From assembly GCF_009914755.1 (NCBI RefSeq), contig NC_060926.1: DNA of 64,000 nt, one strand, 5' to 3'. Numbering within the stretch: position 1 is the first letter of the stretch; each line of letters begins with the position of its first letter. Positions 13,850 through 28,130 of this stretch are shown one piece after another. A program made the position numbers and the translations under genes. The notes beneath the pieces are model-generated. The model was given only the letters and a program-made list of their open reading frames with translations. It was not told the origin of the DNA and ran no database searches. The stretch comes from the human T2T-CHM13v2.0 reference genome, Homo sapiens.

Positions 13850-14316
13850 TGCCAGGGTCTGACCCAGAGACCCACGCTGCACAATGGATGAATAACGTAC
13901 CCAGACACTGGTATTCAGTGAAAGACTGGCTAGGGGGCCAGGGCGCTCACAGAAAGAGTTGTAGTGGCCGTGTGCCCTGACTAGCTGTCCCTGCAGGCAT
14001 TTATTCAGCACAGATTTAATGACAAAGGCTTTGAGTCAACCTACTTGTGGGTAATTTATCTGGTTGCCCTCCCCAGGAAAGAGCAGTCCTGCCCGCATGA
14101 TCAAAGGTTGGTTTTAGGACAACATGAGTAAACAAGCTATTTAGATAAACTCCTCTACATTCCTATGTATCTATGCCCTAAGCTTTTAAGAGAATTCAGC
14201 TGCCTTCAGCCAAATCTTTTACTGAAGCTATGCAAACCTTCTGGCCTTCCAAGAAGGTTTGTGTCTATTTCCTATAACTTTATAATCTCTCCCACCACCC
14301 TGACCAATGTCTTACA
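13850..14316 (-). mobile_element. Solo LTR22-family (HERVK22/HML-5) LTR in last MAP4K3 intron
   Basis: Minus strand starts tgtaagacattggtcagggtggtgggag...ggaaatagacacaaaccttcttggaagg, ends gaccctggca; AATAAA at 14005-14000. Confidence 0.8.
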
Positions 14317-14647
14317 GTCAATCAGAACAGGTCTCCAAAATCCTATCGGCATTAACAACACAAAGTTCTGTTCATTAACATATGGTATTTCCTCTTTCTT
14401 CTGCTGCAAATCAGATGTCAGTATGTTTAATGGAAACTAGTACTGACAGATCCATACATTCCTGTTACTTGGAAGATCAGGTACATTTTCAAAGGCTAAC
14501 TTTCTGACCTGTGAATTCTTATAGTGTGAAAAATTCAATGTTGAACATATTGCAGACATTTCAATTCTCTTGAAAAAGAAATCTGTTTCATGCTGGATCT
14601 ATAAAACACGTTTAGTACTGTGTATTTAATACAGTCCGTTTTCATAC

Positions 14648-14703
14648 CTGTCAGATCCAAGCAGCCTGAAAATTCTTGTGCTATCTGAAATTTCTTGTGT
14701 TAC
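14648..14703 (-). CDS. MAP4K3: MAP4K3 penultimate coding exon (56 nt): VTQEISDSTRIFRLLGSD(R)
   Basis: gaacag|GTAACA...GACAG|gtatga. Confidence 0.97.
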
Positions 14704-15947
14704 CTGTTCAATTAAAACACAAATTTAATTTCTGAAATTAAAGACACAAAATTTTTAATGGGCACTTCATTATAATTCAACAGAAAAGAAACATGATCCC
14801 TAAAAATGAAAACATATTCCTGCATGACTGTTTGTTAAAGTCAGCATGTAGATACATCAATTTGTTAGTCGAGGGGAAATGTGGTTAATTTTGAGTTAAT
14901 CATAAAATGCAGGCAAAGGAAAATGATTTCCTTGTTAAATCATAAGACTTCAAGGGAAAAACTTAAAAGCAAAGCACTAAATCCATTTTATTTATTAGAA
15001 ACTTTCATCATTTATGTTAACGCTAATGGCAAGGTTACTGGCAGCAGTAAGCTACTTAGATCTGCTTCTTTTACTTAAAAAGGCTGCCACGTAGTGTAAC
15101 AGGAAATATTTAAAAGGCAGACATGCCTTGAGTTTGACTGTCAGTTCTCCCACTTACTGGGCAACGTATGTAATCCGCTAGAAATGGTTTTGCCTTATGC
15201 AAGATGGGATAGAAAAGATCTACCATGCAGTAGAGCCCTGCAGTGTTCTTATAAGGATTAGTGGGTATAATGCCTAGCTAAGGAAGTGCTCAATACATAA
15301 TAATTATCTTTCCCACTTCTTCCCCATTCTCTTGAAATAATATTTTCTAATGACCATATATCCTTCAAGAAGTCCTCAGTGTGACCAACTACCAGTTGGG
15401 GAATTAAGAATAAATATACAAGAAAAAGAGAAACCAACTATTCACAGCTTACTGAACACAAAATATTATGAATTAGAAGGGCAGTTAGCATCTCCCCAAA
15501 ATTTGGTAGGCTGAAGAAAAAATGGATTTGAAATTAAATTTATTCCATCAATACCCCTACAATTAGATTTTCTAGAAACACTAATGACTCTTAGCTTCTG
15601 TTGTAACCCAGCATACCTGCAGGAAACAACATGCTCAGCATGCTCACTTCAATGCCTGTGGCTCATCATGACTGTGATTACCAATATATTTTGGGGTTTG
15701 CCTACTAGAAGAAGCTAACATTTTTGGAGGTGTGTATTGATGGGCTGCCTGTGTAGTTCTCAGGTGACTTTTTGGGTGAACTTTTTCCTTTTAGTTTTTA
15801 AACCACTTCTGTATTTGTCTGTAATGCTTTTCTTTCTCTGACTAGTGTTTATTAGCTGTTGACTGTTCTTATCTCCCTGCTCAGTTCCTCATGTGATTTT
15901 AGAAAGTGTGAGCCCACTTGTGGGGATTACTTTTAGAAACATCGTAG

Positions 15948-16249
<302 letters not shown>

Positions 16250-16264
16250 AGCAGCTACCTTTTA

Positions 16265-16470
16265 AACACTTACTATAGGTCAGGAACCAGGCCAAGCACA
16301 TTACACGCTTTGTTTCATTTAATCATAACAACTCAATTCACAGATGAAAAAATATAGGTAGAAAGAAGTTAGGTGACATGCCAAGGTCACCCAGCTACTA
16401 ACTAGCTGAACTTGAGACCTGAAGCCTAGTGTCTCAACTCTGGAACCCAGGCTCATGAACACTGTGGTAT
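16265..16470 (-). mobile_element. MIR
   Basis: cacagatgaaaaa...gccaaggtcacccagcta. Confidence 0.65.
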
Positions 16471-17267
16471 ATTGCTTACTTTGTTAGAAATAAACGCTCT
16501 GAGCTTAATGAATGACAGTTTAAGAAACAAATAAGCTTCCTTCCAAGTTACATGACTGAGATTGGCTTGGGGGTACTGGAAGAATTTCTGACAATTTTAC
16601 GTGCTTGTAACATTCTAGGGGGCAAGTGCCACATCTTGTTCATGTTTATAACCTCAGAACTTTCCGGCATAAATGTTGAACTGACTTGAATATGTCACAC
16701 AGCTTGGAGTTAAATTATTTCTGTGAGGTAGGAAGGATTCATGAGATGCATAGCTAAAGGTTAATAAAAAGGAAAGGTAAAGGGGGCAAAGAATTATATA
16801 CATGTCAAATGAATAAGGATGTTGAAAATAAAGAGGTAAGTGGGCTTCCAGAGAAATATAGGACTCTTTACTTATAGTCTGCGCTGGTCATTATTTCTGA
16901 AGTACAAGGTAGAAAAGGTGCTTAAGGCCAGAGAGAGCCAGCACTAGCACTCTTGCTCCTGGGGTTCCTCTGGGAAAGTTGAAAGAAAATCATAGTTGGC
17001 TCACTTTTAGCAGATTAGCAAGTTCTTGTTCTAAATTTCAGACTGATTATCTGGAAGCACATTAAATATGCACTAAAGTTGTTTGAGTAGTGGAGAGAGA
17101 GAGAGGTGGACATAGAGTATGGGCTACTGACTTTATCAATAGACTAAATACAGTAAGTATTAATAAAGTTAGCCAATCAAGCATTACTTGTATCATTTAG
17201 GAATCGAACTGTTTGAAGTGGAATTTGATAATGTCTTGTGACTACTTAATGGACATAATTTACTTAC

Positions 17268-17338
17268 CTCATTAGATCTAAAACTTCTACCTTGCATTCC
17301 ATGTTTCCAGAAAGCTAGCACACTGTCTTGTAGGCACA
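17268..17338 (-). CDS. MAP4K3: MAP4K3 coding exon (71 nt): (V)[23 protein letters not shown]
   Basis: tgctag|TGTGCC...AATGAG|gtaagt. Confidence 0.97.
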
Positions 17339-17565
17339 CTAGCAGGCAAGAACAGCTCAATTACTGTTAATAGTACAAAAGTTCAACTGATAAGCATCAT
17401 TTCATCCCTCTATCTCATACAGCAATATTTCAATTCACAACTAATGTCAGCTATTCCATATTTATATGGCATCTTTACATTTGAAAAGTTTAAAAATATA
17501 CTATACAGAGCTTATGCATCTTTTTGGTAGGAAAAAATTCACCGAAAATATTTTTGTTATAGTTT

Positions 17566-17698
17566 TTTTGTATTTCTAGTAGAAATGGGTTTTTACTTTG
17601 TTGGCCAGGCTAGTCTCAAACTCCTGGCCTCAAGTGATCTGCCTGCCTCGCCCTCCCAAAGTGCCAGGGTTAAAGCCATGAGCCACTGTGTTCGGCCT
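17566..17698 (-). mobile_element. Alu left arm fragment
   Basis: tagaaatggg...gagccactgtgttcggcc. Confidence 0.8.
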
Positions 17699-17719
17699 GT
17701 TTTGGTAATTTTCAAAAAT

Positions 17720-19620
17720 AAAATACTGCAAAATACAGAAAACAGCACAAAAATATACGTGTACCCACCACCCAACAATCAGATCCTAACATTCTGCCAT
17801 TTTTGCTTTAAATAAAAACAAATACAGCTGGCATCCCCTATGTACCCTGCCCTATTCCCATTTCTGGTCTTTCCTTCCTCCCTGAGATAACCACTATTAT
17901 AAATTTGGTATTTATCATTCTCATGCATGTTTTTACTATTACTATAAGTTTATACTATCAATATAAATTTTATATTGAATATTTCCAACCTTCATACATT
18001 CAGTAAGATGAACATTGAGGTTATTTCTAGTTTTGCATTATTACAAACAATTTTGCAATAAACATTTTTGTACATCTTGAATACATGTACAAATCTTTCT
18101 TGAGGGTAGACACCCATAGATAGAATTACTGAAGCACAGGGCATAAACAGAACAAGATTTAGTTTTGCTTTTTATATTTATATTTTTAATATACTTTTTG
18201 GCATGTATTCAGGGAGGAATAAATCTTATTTTGTTTTCTGCAGGTAAGCAATTGTACCAGCATCATTTGTTGAATGGCCCATTTCTTCCCCACTAATACA
18301 TAATGCCACGAATTTCCATTTACATGTGGGTCTATTTCTGGGCCTTTTCTTCTGTCTCACTCTTCTACCTATTTATTCCTGTGTTGTTACCACACTACCT
18401 TAATCACTATGGCTTTATAGTAAGTTTCAATATTGGGTAGAAAACGATTTGTCAACATTTATTTTCTTATTCTTGGTCTTTGGCTCTTCCATATAAATTT
18501 ATTTTTTACTTTAAAAAATTATTTGTAGAGATGGGGTCTCCCAGTGTTGTCCAGGCTGGTCTTGAAATCCTGGGCTCAAGCAATTCTCCTGCCTCAGCCT
18601 CCTACAGTGTTGGGATTACAGGCATGAGCCGCCGCGCCTGGCCATTCCATATGAATTTTAAGAGCAGCTTATCAAGTGGCACAAAACATCATGTTGGGAT
18701 TCTTACTGCAGATCCACTGAACCTGTGGATTAACTGAAGAACTGGCATCTTTCTCATTTAAGTCTTTCTACCCATGGACATGATGTAGTTCTTCACTTGC
18801 TGAATCTTTTATGTCTTAAAAAAAAATAATTTGGAGGTTCCTAGATAATGATCTTAAAAATGTTTGGATTTCATTTATTCTTATGTATGTTACTTTATTG
18901 CCTTTGTGAAAGGGATCTTTTTTCCAATTAAGTTTTTCACTGATTATTTAGGAAAGCTATTCTTTGGTGTTACTCATATCCAGCAACTCTGAATTCTCTT
19001 ACTAACTCTAGTAACTTATTAATAGGGTTTTATATTCTATGTACATAATCATACCATCAGCAAAAAATGATCTTTTTATCTTTCTTTCTAATCCTCATAC
19101 TTTCCCTTTCTCATTTAATAGACAATAATGAAATGTGATAATAGCAAACATCCTTATTTAGTTCTCCACTTTAATGGGAATTAATTTGATCATTAAACAT
19201 ATTTTTAACAGGCTTTGCTAGGTGAAGGACATTCCTTTCTATTCCCAATTTGCTAAGAAGTATTATTTAAAAAAAATCATTAATGACAGATTTTACTGAA
19301 TGCTTTTTGGGCATCTACTGAAGAGTTACATGATTTTCTCTTAATACTTGGTATTGTGTATTACATAAATACATTTTCTGATGCTGAACCATCCTTGCTT
19401 TCCTGGGATAGTTTACTATTTGATAATGTGTAATTCTATTTGCTAATATTTTATTTAGATTTTTAAAAATGATTTTCATAAGATTATAATTTTTGTTTTC
19501 TGTACTAATCTTGTTTGATTTTAGCATCAGTATTAAACACTGATTTATTCAGAATTCCTTGTCTGTAGTCTGAAACAGTTTGCACAGGATAGGGATTATC
19601 TCTTCCTTTAATGGGGGAGG
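17720..19620 (-). mobile_element. Old L1 (L1ME/MC-like) fragments with an embedded Alu monomer at ~18511-18643
   Basis: T-rich reverse L1 ORF2/3' sequence (ccagcatcatttgttgaat; ttttctgatgctgaaccatccttgc). Confidence 0.7.
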
Positions 19621-20336
19621 TAGATAAAAAAACCATCATGCCTGATTATCAGGTACCACAAGCAATGAACTTGGCTGTGGTTCTCCATCTCCTGTGGGAT
19701 ACTTTTGTAACTGGAGCCCAGCAGGCCTGTTAGCTTCAGACCTGTATACTGCTTTGAGATTCTGTTGTTGATCTTGCTTTTTGACCCTGGCTATGTCTTT
19801 GAAAGCGGATTCCATTTTAACATCTTGATCAGATATCCCTCGAAACTGACTTATTATAATCATTTGTTTGTTGGATGAATGACATTCTAGTTGGGAGAAT
19901 GTAGAAAACAGAACCAGGAATAAGACAATGAACTAACTGCCTTTAGCCTTACCGTCTGCTAATACACATACACGCAAATATCTTTACTGATAAGGAACAC
20001 CAGAAAAAGTGTGCCTAGTCAAATATTAATCACCATTCATTTTCCCAGCACTATCCTACATAAGATGATTTTCACCTTATTTTTCCTGAATGTAGTCATT
20101 TAAAAGTATTGATTGTCAGAAATCCTTTTCCAGAAAAATACTCCTATTAAGCAAAATGTGAGAATGACAAGAAGGAACTTCCATATACTTAAAATTCTCT
20201 GAGCAGCAGACACAACAGCCAAAACATAATCTGGTATACTGAGTACTAAATTTTAAAGCACTTATAGAAAAACCCTACAGGAGTCTGGAGGAAATGGGAA
20301 TTCAAAACTATGTTATAAGAAATGATATTATTTCAA

Positions 20337-20641
<305 letters not shown>

Positions 20642-20714
20642 TTACTTCTTACCAGGAAGATAACATTATCTACACTACAGTTATTAAACTATTTTAGAAA
20701 ATGTGTAAGAATGA

Positions 20715-21062
<348 letters not shown>

Positions 21063-21165
21063 TAAAAAAAGAATCTTAATAATATCAATCTTTAATTTTG
21101 GATAATTAGCAGATAAATTATTTTAAGGAGTTCATAATGCAAAGAATTATAAAACTTTGACTTAC

Positions 21166-21258
21166 CTATTGATTCAATCTGGAAATCAAAGGTGAGTTCT
21201 GATGACAATTTCCTGCTAGATTTTAATCTTCCTTGGAGATTTACTATTTTTATACAAC
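21166..21258 (-). CDS. MAP4K3: MAP4K3 coding exon (93 nt): (C)CIKIVNLQGRLKSSRKLSSELTFDFQIESI(V)
   Basis: ctctag|GTTGTA...ATAG|gtaagt; 78-nt intron upstream. Confidence 0.97.
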
Positions 21259-21336
21259 CTAGAGGAAAAAAAGTCACTCAGAAACTAAGATAAAAGAAGT
21301 CTTATTAAAGTAAGACATTCATAAATAAAAACTTAC

Positions 21337-21405
21337 AGTCCAAGCATACAAGGATGGTATCTCTCTCCAGTTGGGTTACATGAGTAACATTTGTCTGTGG
21401 GGTAT
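21337..21405 (-). CDS. MAP4K3: MAP4K3 coding exon (69 nt): (D)TPQTNVTHVTQLERDTILVCLD(C)
   Basis: ttgtag|ATACCC...GACT|gtaagt. Confidence 0.96.
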
Positions 21406-21757
21406 CTACAATACAAACAAATTTTGGTAAACCTACAGAAACTGTGATACTTAAAGCATGGAAACATTGAAGAAAAAGAATTCTGAGGATAACAATACTT
21501 GAAACGGATATGTCTTCTGTAATACACATGTAGTGACTGAGCCAGGCTAGTGGGTTTAAATGCTGATGCAAGTGCTAAACAACGTAAGTGCTCAACAGAG
21601 CATATGTTGGCTGTTGTCAATACTACTGGCAATGCGGAACACATGGATACAGAATGCCGACTGCACTAGAAAACAAACATACTTAAAATATCCTATAATG
21701 CAACTTTTCTTCTTTTAAAAACCAAATTTTCTATTAGTGGGAGATTTGTAAATACAT

Positions 21758-22212
21758 GTAGTTCTCAAACTATGGTTGCTGTATCAACACCATCAGCATC
21801 ACCTGGGAATTTACAAAAATGAAAATTGTTTTTTTTTTTTTTGCGCCTGCTGCTCAGGCCGAAATGCTGTGGTGTGATCATGGCTCCCTGCAGCCTTGAA
21901 ATCCTGGCCTCAAGTGACCCTCCTGACTTAGCCTTGTGAGTAGCTGAGACCATAGGTGTATGCCACCATGTCTGGCTAATTAAAAAAAAAAATTTAGAGA
22001 TGGGGTCCTGCTATATCGCCTAGGCTGAGGTTTGTCTATATATGCCAAAACTATGGTCTTTGTGTCAACCTCATCAGCAACACTTGGGAATTCACGGAAA
22101 TGAAAATTCTCAGGTCCTATCTAGACTATAAATGAACAGCTCCGGGGGTGGGGCTCAGAAATGTCACAAGTCTCCCAGTGATTCTGATGAATGCTCAAGT
22201 CTGGTAATTGCT
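21758..22212. mobile_element. MER5A-like hAT element split by a partial AluJ (21829-22030, minus)
   Basis: tagttctcaaact...catcagcatcacctgggaat...gattctgatgaatgctcaagt. Confidence 0.7.
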
Positions 22213-22934
22213 GCTACATACTACCTACTCAATGATCACTCTTACCAATACCCCTAGTGAAGTGATGGAATATGATCAAAAAGGTAACATCACCTCAGGG
22301 AGGCAGGGCAACTGGAGTTGTGTAAAATGCAAATTTTCAGGTATACACCACTTAAAAATACATAAAATACTTAAAATTTCTGAGAGTTATGAAAATGTTA
22401 AGTACTCAAGTTTTGTTTTAAATGTTTCCTATGTTAATATACATTTCGTATTCATTTTCATATTAATGAACTTAGTCAAAACAATTTGATGCATGTAAAA
22501 TTCTCCAAAAAGGAAATGTGAAACATATAAAATGAAAAGTATTATCAAAATATTAAAAATATTTGAGTCTATATAAATTATTTCCCTTTTGTTTGAAGAA
22601 AAAAAGTGCCTTAATTGGCATTCAATTTGTAATATTAATTTAATTATTTCCAAGAAAGATTAATGCAAACATGACTTTACGGGTTTCCTATACACAGTGT
22701 CCTTCAAGAGACATTGTTATTTAAAATACATATCACCAAAATCAAATAACATTCCAGGTGTATACCTCATTTTATAGTAAGAGGTGTGTTCATGCACAAT
22801 TGTTTATTAATATATACCAAATATACATACCAATAATATACACAGGACTTTGAGGATCAGATCCTTATATTCATTTCTAAATAAAAAAACTGGTGTATGT
22901 GCTCTCAGTATCATGTTTTGGCAATGTTTGCTTG

Positions 22935-23239
22935 ATTTAGTTGGTTAGTTAGAGACAGGATCTCATTCTGTCACCCAGGGTGGAGTACAATGGTGCGAAC
23001 ATGGCTCACTGCACCCTCGACCTCCTGGGCTCAAGTAATCCTCCCATCTTGGCCTCCCTGGTAGGTGGGACTACAGGCATGCACCACCATGCCCAGCTAA
23101 CTTACATGTAATTTTTTTAGAGACAGGGTCTTGCTACATTGCCCAGGCTGTTCTTGAACTCCTGGACTCAAGCGATCTTCTCACCTTGGCCTCCCAAAGT
23201 ACTGGGATTACCGGCGTGACCCACCATGCCCTGCCAGCC
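22935..23239 (-). mobile_element. AluJ
   Basis: TSD caatgttt. Confidence 0.87.
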
Positions 23240-23425
23240 AATGTTTTAAATGTGTCATATGAATTAGCTATTTTAAAGAGAGTAATCTTCCCTTCTTCCA
23301 GTTTAATAATAGTTATTGAAGACTGGCAGTATATGCAGTTTTTCCTTAGTAAGAGATACAGTAAACTTACTACTTATAAAACCAGTATATGTATTACCCT
23401 TAATAATTCCATAAAAATTACAAAC

Positions 23426-23597
23426 CTGATTCTGTAAACCATGAAGAGGTAGAATTTGGATTGACCGTCTCAAATCGAACCACTTGGTTGAAGTCTCTAC
23501 CTCTACTGACACCAACACAAACTAAAGGGTACTCCTGTTCAGGAACTACCAGCATTTCAAACATTCTAAGTGGACATGGTATAGGAAAATCTATGTG
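23426..23597 (-). CDS. MAP4K3: MAP4K3 coding exon (172 nt): [57 protein letters not shown](D)
   Basis: ctctag|CACATA...TCAG|gtttgt. Confidence 0.97.
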
Positions 23598-24189
23598 CTA
23601 GAGAAAGAAACAAAAATACATTAAACCAAGGAAAATAAAAACCGAATAATTCTATGAGAATACTATAAAACAGCTTTCTACAATAAAGACTGCATCTTGT
23701 CACAGAAATTCAGGTAATGCAGAAAAATCTAAATTATGGACTCTCTTTTATAAACATTTTAGGTTTACCACCGCAAAATATTTTAAAGTTATAATTACAT
23801 GATTTTAGGACATTAAGGCTGGAAGGGAATTTATAAGTCACGTGTCCAACCCTCTCTTTTCAGAGTTGGAACCTGGGGCCCAGGAACTGGGTGACCAGCC
23901 CATGGTCCCCCGGCCTTTGTGGCAGAGTCTCCTGTCTCCCAATGTGATGCTTCTTCAGTTATACTCCTCTGCCTTCTTAATCAACTGAGCAAACATGGAT
24001 GAGAGAAGTGAAATGCTAATTAGCAAGAGACACTCCTCTTGTAAGATGTGAACAGAAAAAGTCATAAATCAAAAAAAATTAGCTTCATATCTCAAGTGAT
24101 TTTTATCAAATCAACTCAGTTATAATACAACCCATTTTAATTTTATATAAGTTTAAAATTTATATTGCTACAAAGAATAAATTCACATT

Positions 24190-24830
24190 CTGAAGGACAA
24201 AAAAAATAGATGGAAAACACTAACTTCATTAGTAATCAAGAAATAAAACCACAATGAGATAAATACTATACATACCCACCGAATGGCTAAAATTAAAAAG
24301 AATGACAGTGAATAAGCATCCCAGAGGAGTAAGCAAATGCTCATACAACACTGGTGGTGGGACATAGAGTGGCATAGCCAGACTAGTTAACTGCATTATT
24401 TATTAATGCTGGAAGTAGGCATTCCTTAGGACCTTGCAATAATACTCCTAGGTATACATTCTAAAGAACATGAGTACACATATACAAGAGACAAATGCAA
24501 AACAGATAAAATGACGGCACATTCACAAAATAAAAAATTATATATAGACAACTGAAAAATGAATAAACTATAGCTATGTCCAGCAACTATACAAATATAA
24601 TGTTGCACAAAAAGCCAGACACAAATGAACATATACTTTATAATTCCACTTAAATACTGTTGAAAAATTAAATAAAATTAGTTCTAATGTTTAGGGATAT
24701 GAGCTTAGATAGTAAAAAAAGAGAAAAAAGGAAGAACTTTCTAGGTTTCCTTTGTAAAAAAGAAGCAGGGAGCTGACTAAAAGGGAGGATGACAAAGGGA
24801 ATTCTAAAATTTTTCTTCACAAATTAAAAA
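24190..24830 (+). mobile_element. Old L1 (L1ME-like) 3' fragment
   Basis: aaaaccacaatgagata...cgaatggctaaaattaaaaag. Confidence 0.65.
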
Positions 24831-25644
24831 AAATACCACTCTCATGCATATTTTATTTAGTTCATTCTTATATATTTTATATTTTTGTTGCTTTTATAAA
24901 CTGGCTGTGTTTTCACTGTATTTTCCAAATGGTTATTGCTAGCATTTTATGAAGCTACTGGATTTGATTTGTTTTCTTTTTAATCTGGCAACTCATAAAT
25001 TCTAAAGAAAAGTAAAAGGTGCAACGGGGGATATCCTAACAGGTAGTTTTAAAGTGTTGGAAGACACAAAATGGTACTCATGGCTGGAATGTGAAGCTCT
25101 GTGTTCACCTGCTGTTCCCACAGTCCTTCTTTCCCTGTGGCTGCTAAAGTGCCTCCATTCCACGGGCACAGACACTTCATCAATATTCTCCAAACCTCTT
25201 CTCTAGGAGCTTTCCCATTACCTTGGGGCACATGCTTTTGATAAAATCTGTCATTTTTAATAAGGTACAGCAACTTAAATAATTCTCTTTGAAATAAAGA
25301 GCAACGAAGCAGAAAAAAAACCAATGCTTCTGATTAAAGACGCATCTTTAAACTTTTACAGTTTAAACACAGAAACAACGCTTTAAAAAAAAACACAACA
25401 GATTTTGATTACTTCTACATTGCTTCCAATAATAACTAAGCAATTTGTATAAGTCATTAACAGAAGGGGATTCATGTCTAATAGTTTTAAATCCAGTTGC
25501 TATTGTCCTCGAGGGCAGCAATTGTATCTAATGTATTTTTGTCTCTCTAGTAAATAACACGGTGCCTTGCCTGCAATAGGTACATCATGTTTGCTGGAGA
25601 GATCTTTAATTTTTAACTTTTATTTATAATGAAAATGCAGTCCA

Positions 25645-25927
25645 GGCTGGGTGCGGTGGCTCAAACCTGTAATCCCAGCACTTTGGGAGTATGACGCGGG
25701 TGGATCACCTGAGGTCAGGAGTTCGAGACCAGCCTAGCCAAGATGGTGAAACCCCATCTCTACTAAAAATACAAAAATTAGCTGGGTGTCTGTAATCCCA
25801 GCTACTCGGGAGGCTGAGGCAGAGAACTGCTTGATCCTGGGAGGCTGAGGGTGCAGTGAGCTGAGATCATGCCACTGCACTCCAGCCTGGCCAACAGAAC
25901 CAGACTCCATCTCAAAAAAAAATAAAA
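25645..25927 (+). mobile_element. AluS
   Basis: TSD-like aaa(t)gcagtc. Confidence 0.9.
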
Positions 25928-26044
25928 GCAGTCTAATGATGCAAAAACTGTCAGAAATGTCATTAGGAGGAAACAAGAATATAGAAAGCGTAACAATGTT
26001 TTTGAATACATCTGATTAAGGGTTATAGTATAGAAACATCATAA

Positions 26045-26402
<358 letters not shown>

Positions 26403-28026
26403 CATATAGAAGTCTTGACGCAGAGAGACACGGAAAGGAAAGCTAGGTTAAGATTAAGGAAGGCAGGCAAACATTATAGCTCAGAGAGTTTAAGAAAAGG
26501 GAGAAGAGTGATTAAAATCTTGAGGGAGACCTGCAAGTAGTATTGTACTACAGGTTCACTATCTCAGAATGCTGGTAAGAGGCCTCATTAGAGCCAGGCC
26601 AAGCACCCTGGTACCATCTACCCGGAAAAGAGAAGCCATGGATGGGTAATTTTTAAGCGTCCTATGTCTTCAAAGTATATATTCCCTCCTGCATGCTCTT
26701 GACATGGACAATTCCTCTAACAGAGAAAAGCATCTTTCATTATATATTAGCATAAATGGTTTACCATATTAGATAACACATAAAATTCATTCATACCAGG
26801 TTAATCAGTATATCAGTATACAAGAATAACTGATATGATGAAACATTTTCATTTTGATAGAGGTTAGGAATGAAAATAATAGGAGGGACATATTTAAAAT
26901 AGCCTGAAGAAAGAAAGGAAAAAGATAGGAAAGGAAGAGGTTGATGAAAAATCAAACTGTGTAGACTTTACCATTCCATCTTGGATAGAGCATTCTTTTG
27001 TCAAATAAACAAGAATAAAGAGGAGCTGAGAACAAAACAATGTTTGCCATAAATGGGCTGTATTCAGTAGTTCTGCTTTAGACAACTTATAAGGCTATTT
27101 TCCCCTGAGCTTTCAGTTTAAATAATTTTTGTTTCAGTGCATTTACCTGTGAAATTAATACTTCAATAGGTTTCAAATTCTTGAAACTATATTTTCATCT
27201 GTTTAGCCCTAGTGAATCTTGAGGTTAAAACTGATATGAAAACGAAAACTAGATTTCTTAGTCACTTACAGGATTTTAAACAACAGGGAGTCAATACTTT
27301 AAACATCTTAATACTATAAAATTTAGGAAGAACCCCACTCCAGCTATATTCCGACTCTAATTTCTACTGAGATCAAATGCACATGAAATAAGACCACTCA
27401 GTCCATATATAATAGCATGGAAAATGACTTTTAAAATTCATTTGGTATTTCCTTGATGTAATTAACTGAGCCTGCACTTCACACATTTTAAAAGTTAGTT
27501 TTTCCTTAAATGTAAGTTACAGATGAGTAACAGTAAATATTTTAAAAATTATTCATTAATTAAATGATTCTATAAAAAAAATCTGTGGAAAGGCCTAGGT
27601 AAATTAATGGGTGGGTATATAACTAAAAACAACTTGTTTCCCTGTCATTATGGTTATCCCTAGTTCTCCTAGGCCAAACTGCAACCTGTATGTTGTTTTC
27701 AGCTGTGATGGAGGTCAACCAGAGAGTGTATTCAAAATATTTCACTGATCTTTTAGTACTTCCTGTTTCTGCCATCAGGCTCTGCATGTGAGACACTATT
27801 TCCAGCTCCCCACCGCCATACCCTTGAATTATTTCTCTAGTCTCTTATAAAACTTTTACTAGGCCAATTAAGTTGCTTACAACTGGGCAGATTTTTACAA
27901 CCCTGCCACATTATCTAAAATCACTAAATTAACTTGAAAATTAACTGAAAAAAATGTTTCTTTAAAGAACAGTAAGGTTGACAAGCTTTTATAGTAAGAA
28001 TAAGATAGTCTGACTTTTATGCTTAC

Positions 28027-28130
28027 CTTAATTAACATAAATTTCTGCATTGGTTCAACCCATTCTAATAGAACAATGCTAGTCTGAAGTGCTCCACATA
28101 GGTATTTATGGCCCGTGTAAGGATTTCTTA
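28027..28130 (-). CDS. MAP4K3: MAP4K3 coding exon (104 nt): (V)[34 protein letters not shown]
   Basis: tgacag|TAAGAA...ATTAAG|gtaagc; overlaps ORF-track 27895..28137. Confidence 0.97.

Noticed and set aside
17005-17050. 46-nt candidate exon with in-frame stop
   Set aside because: Weak AAA|GTGAGC donor; no further support
21259-21336. 78-nt (3n) short intron as coding retained intron
   Set aside because: In-frame TAA after CKFLFMNVLL
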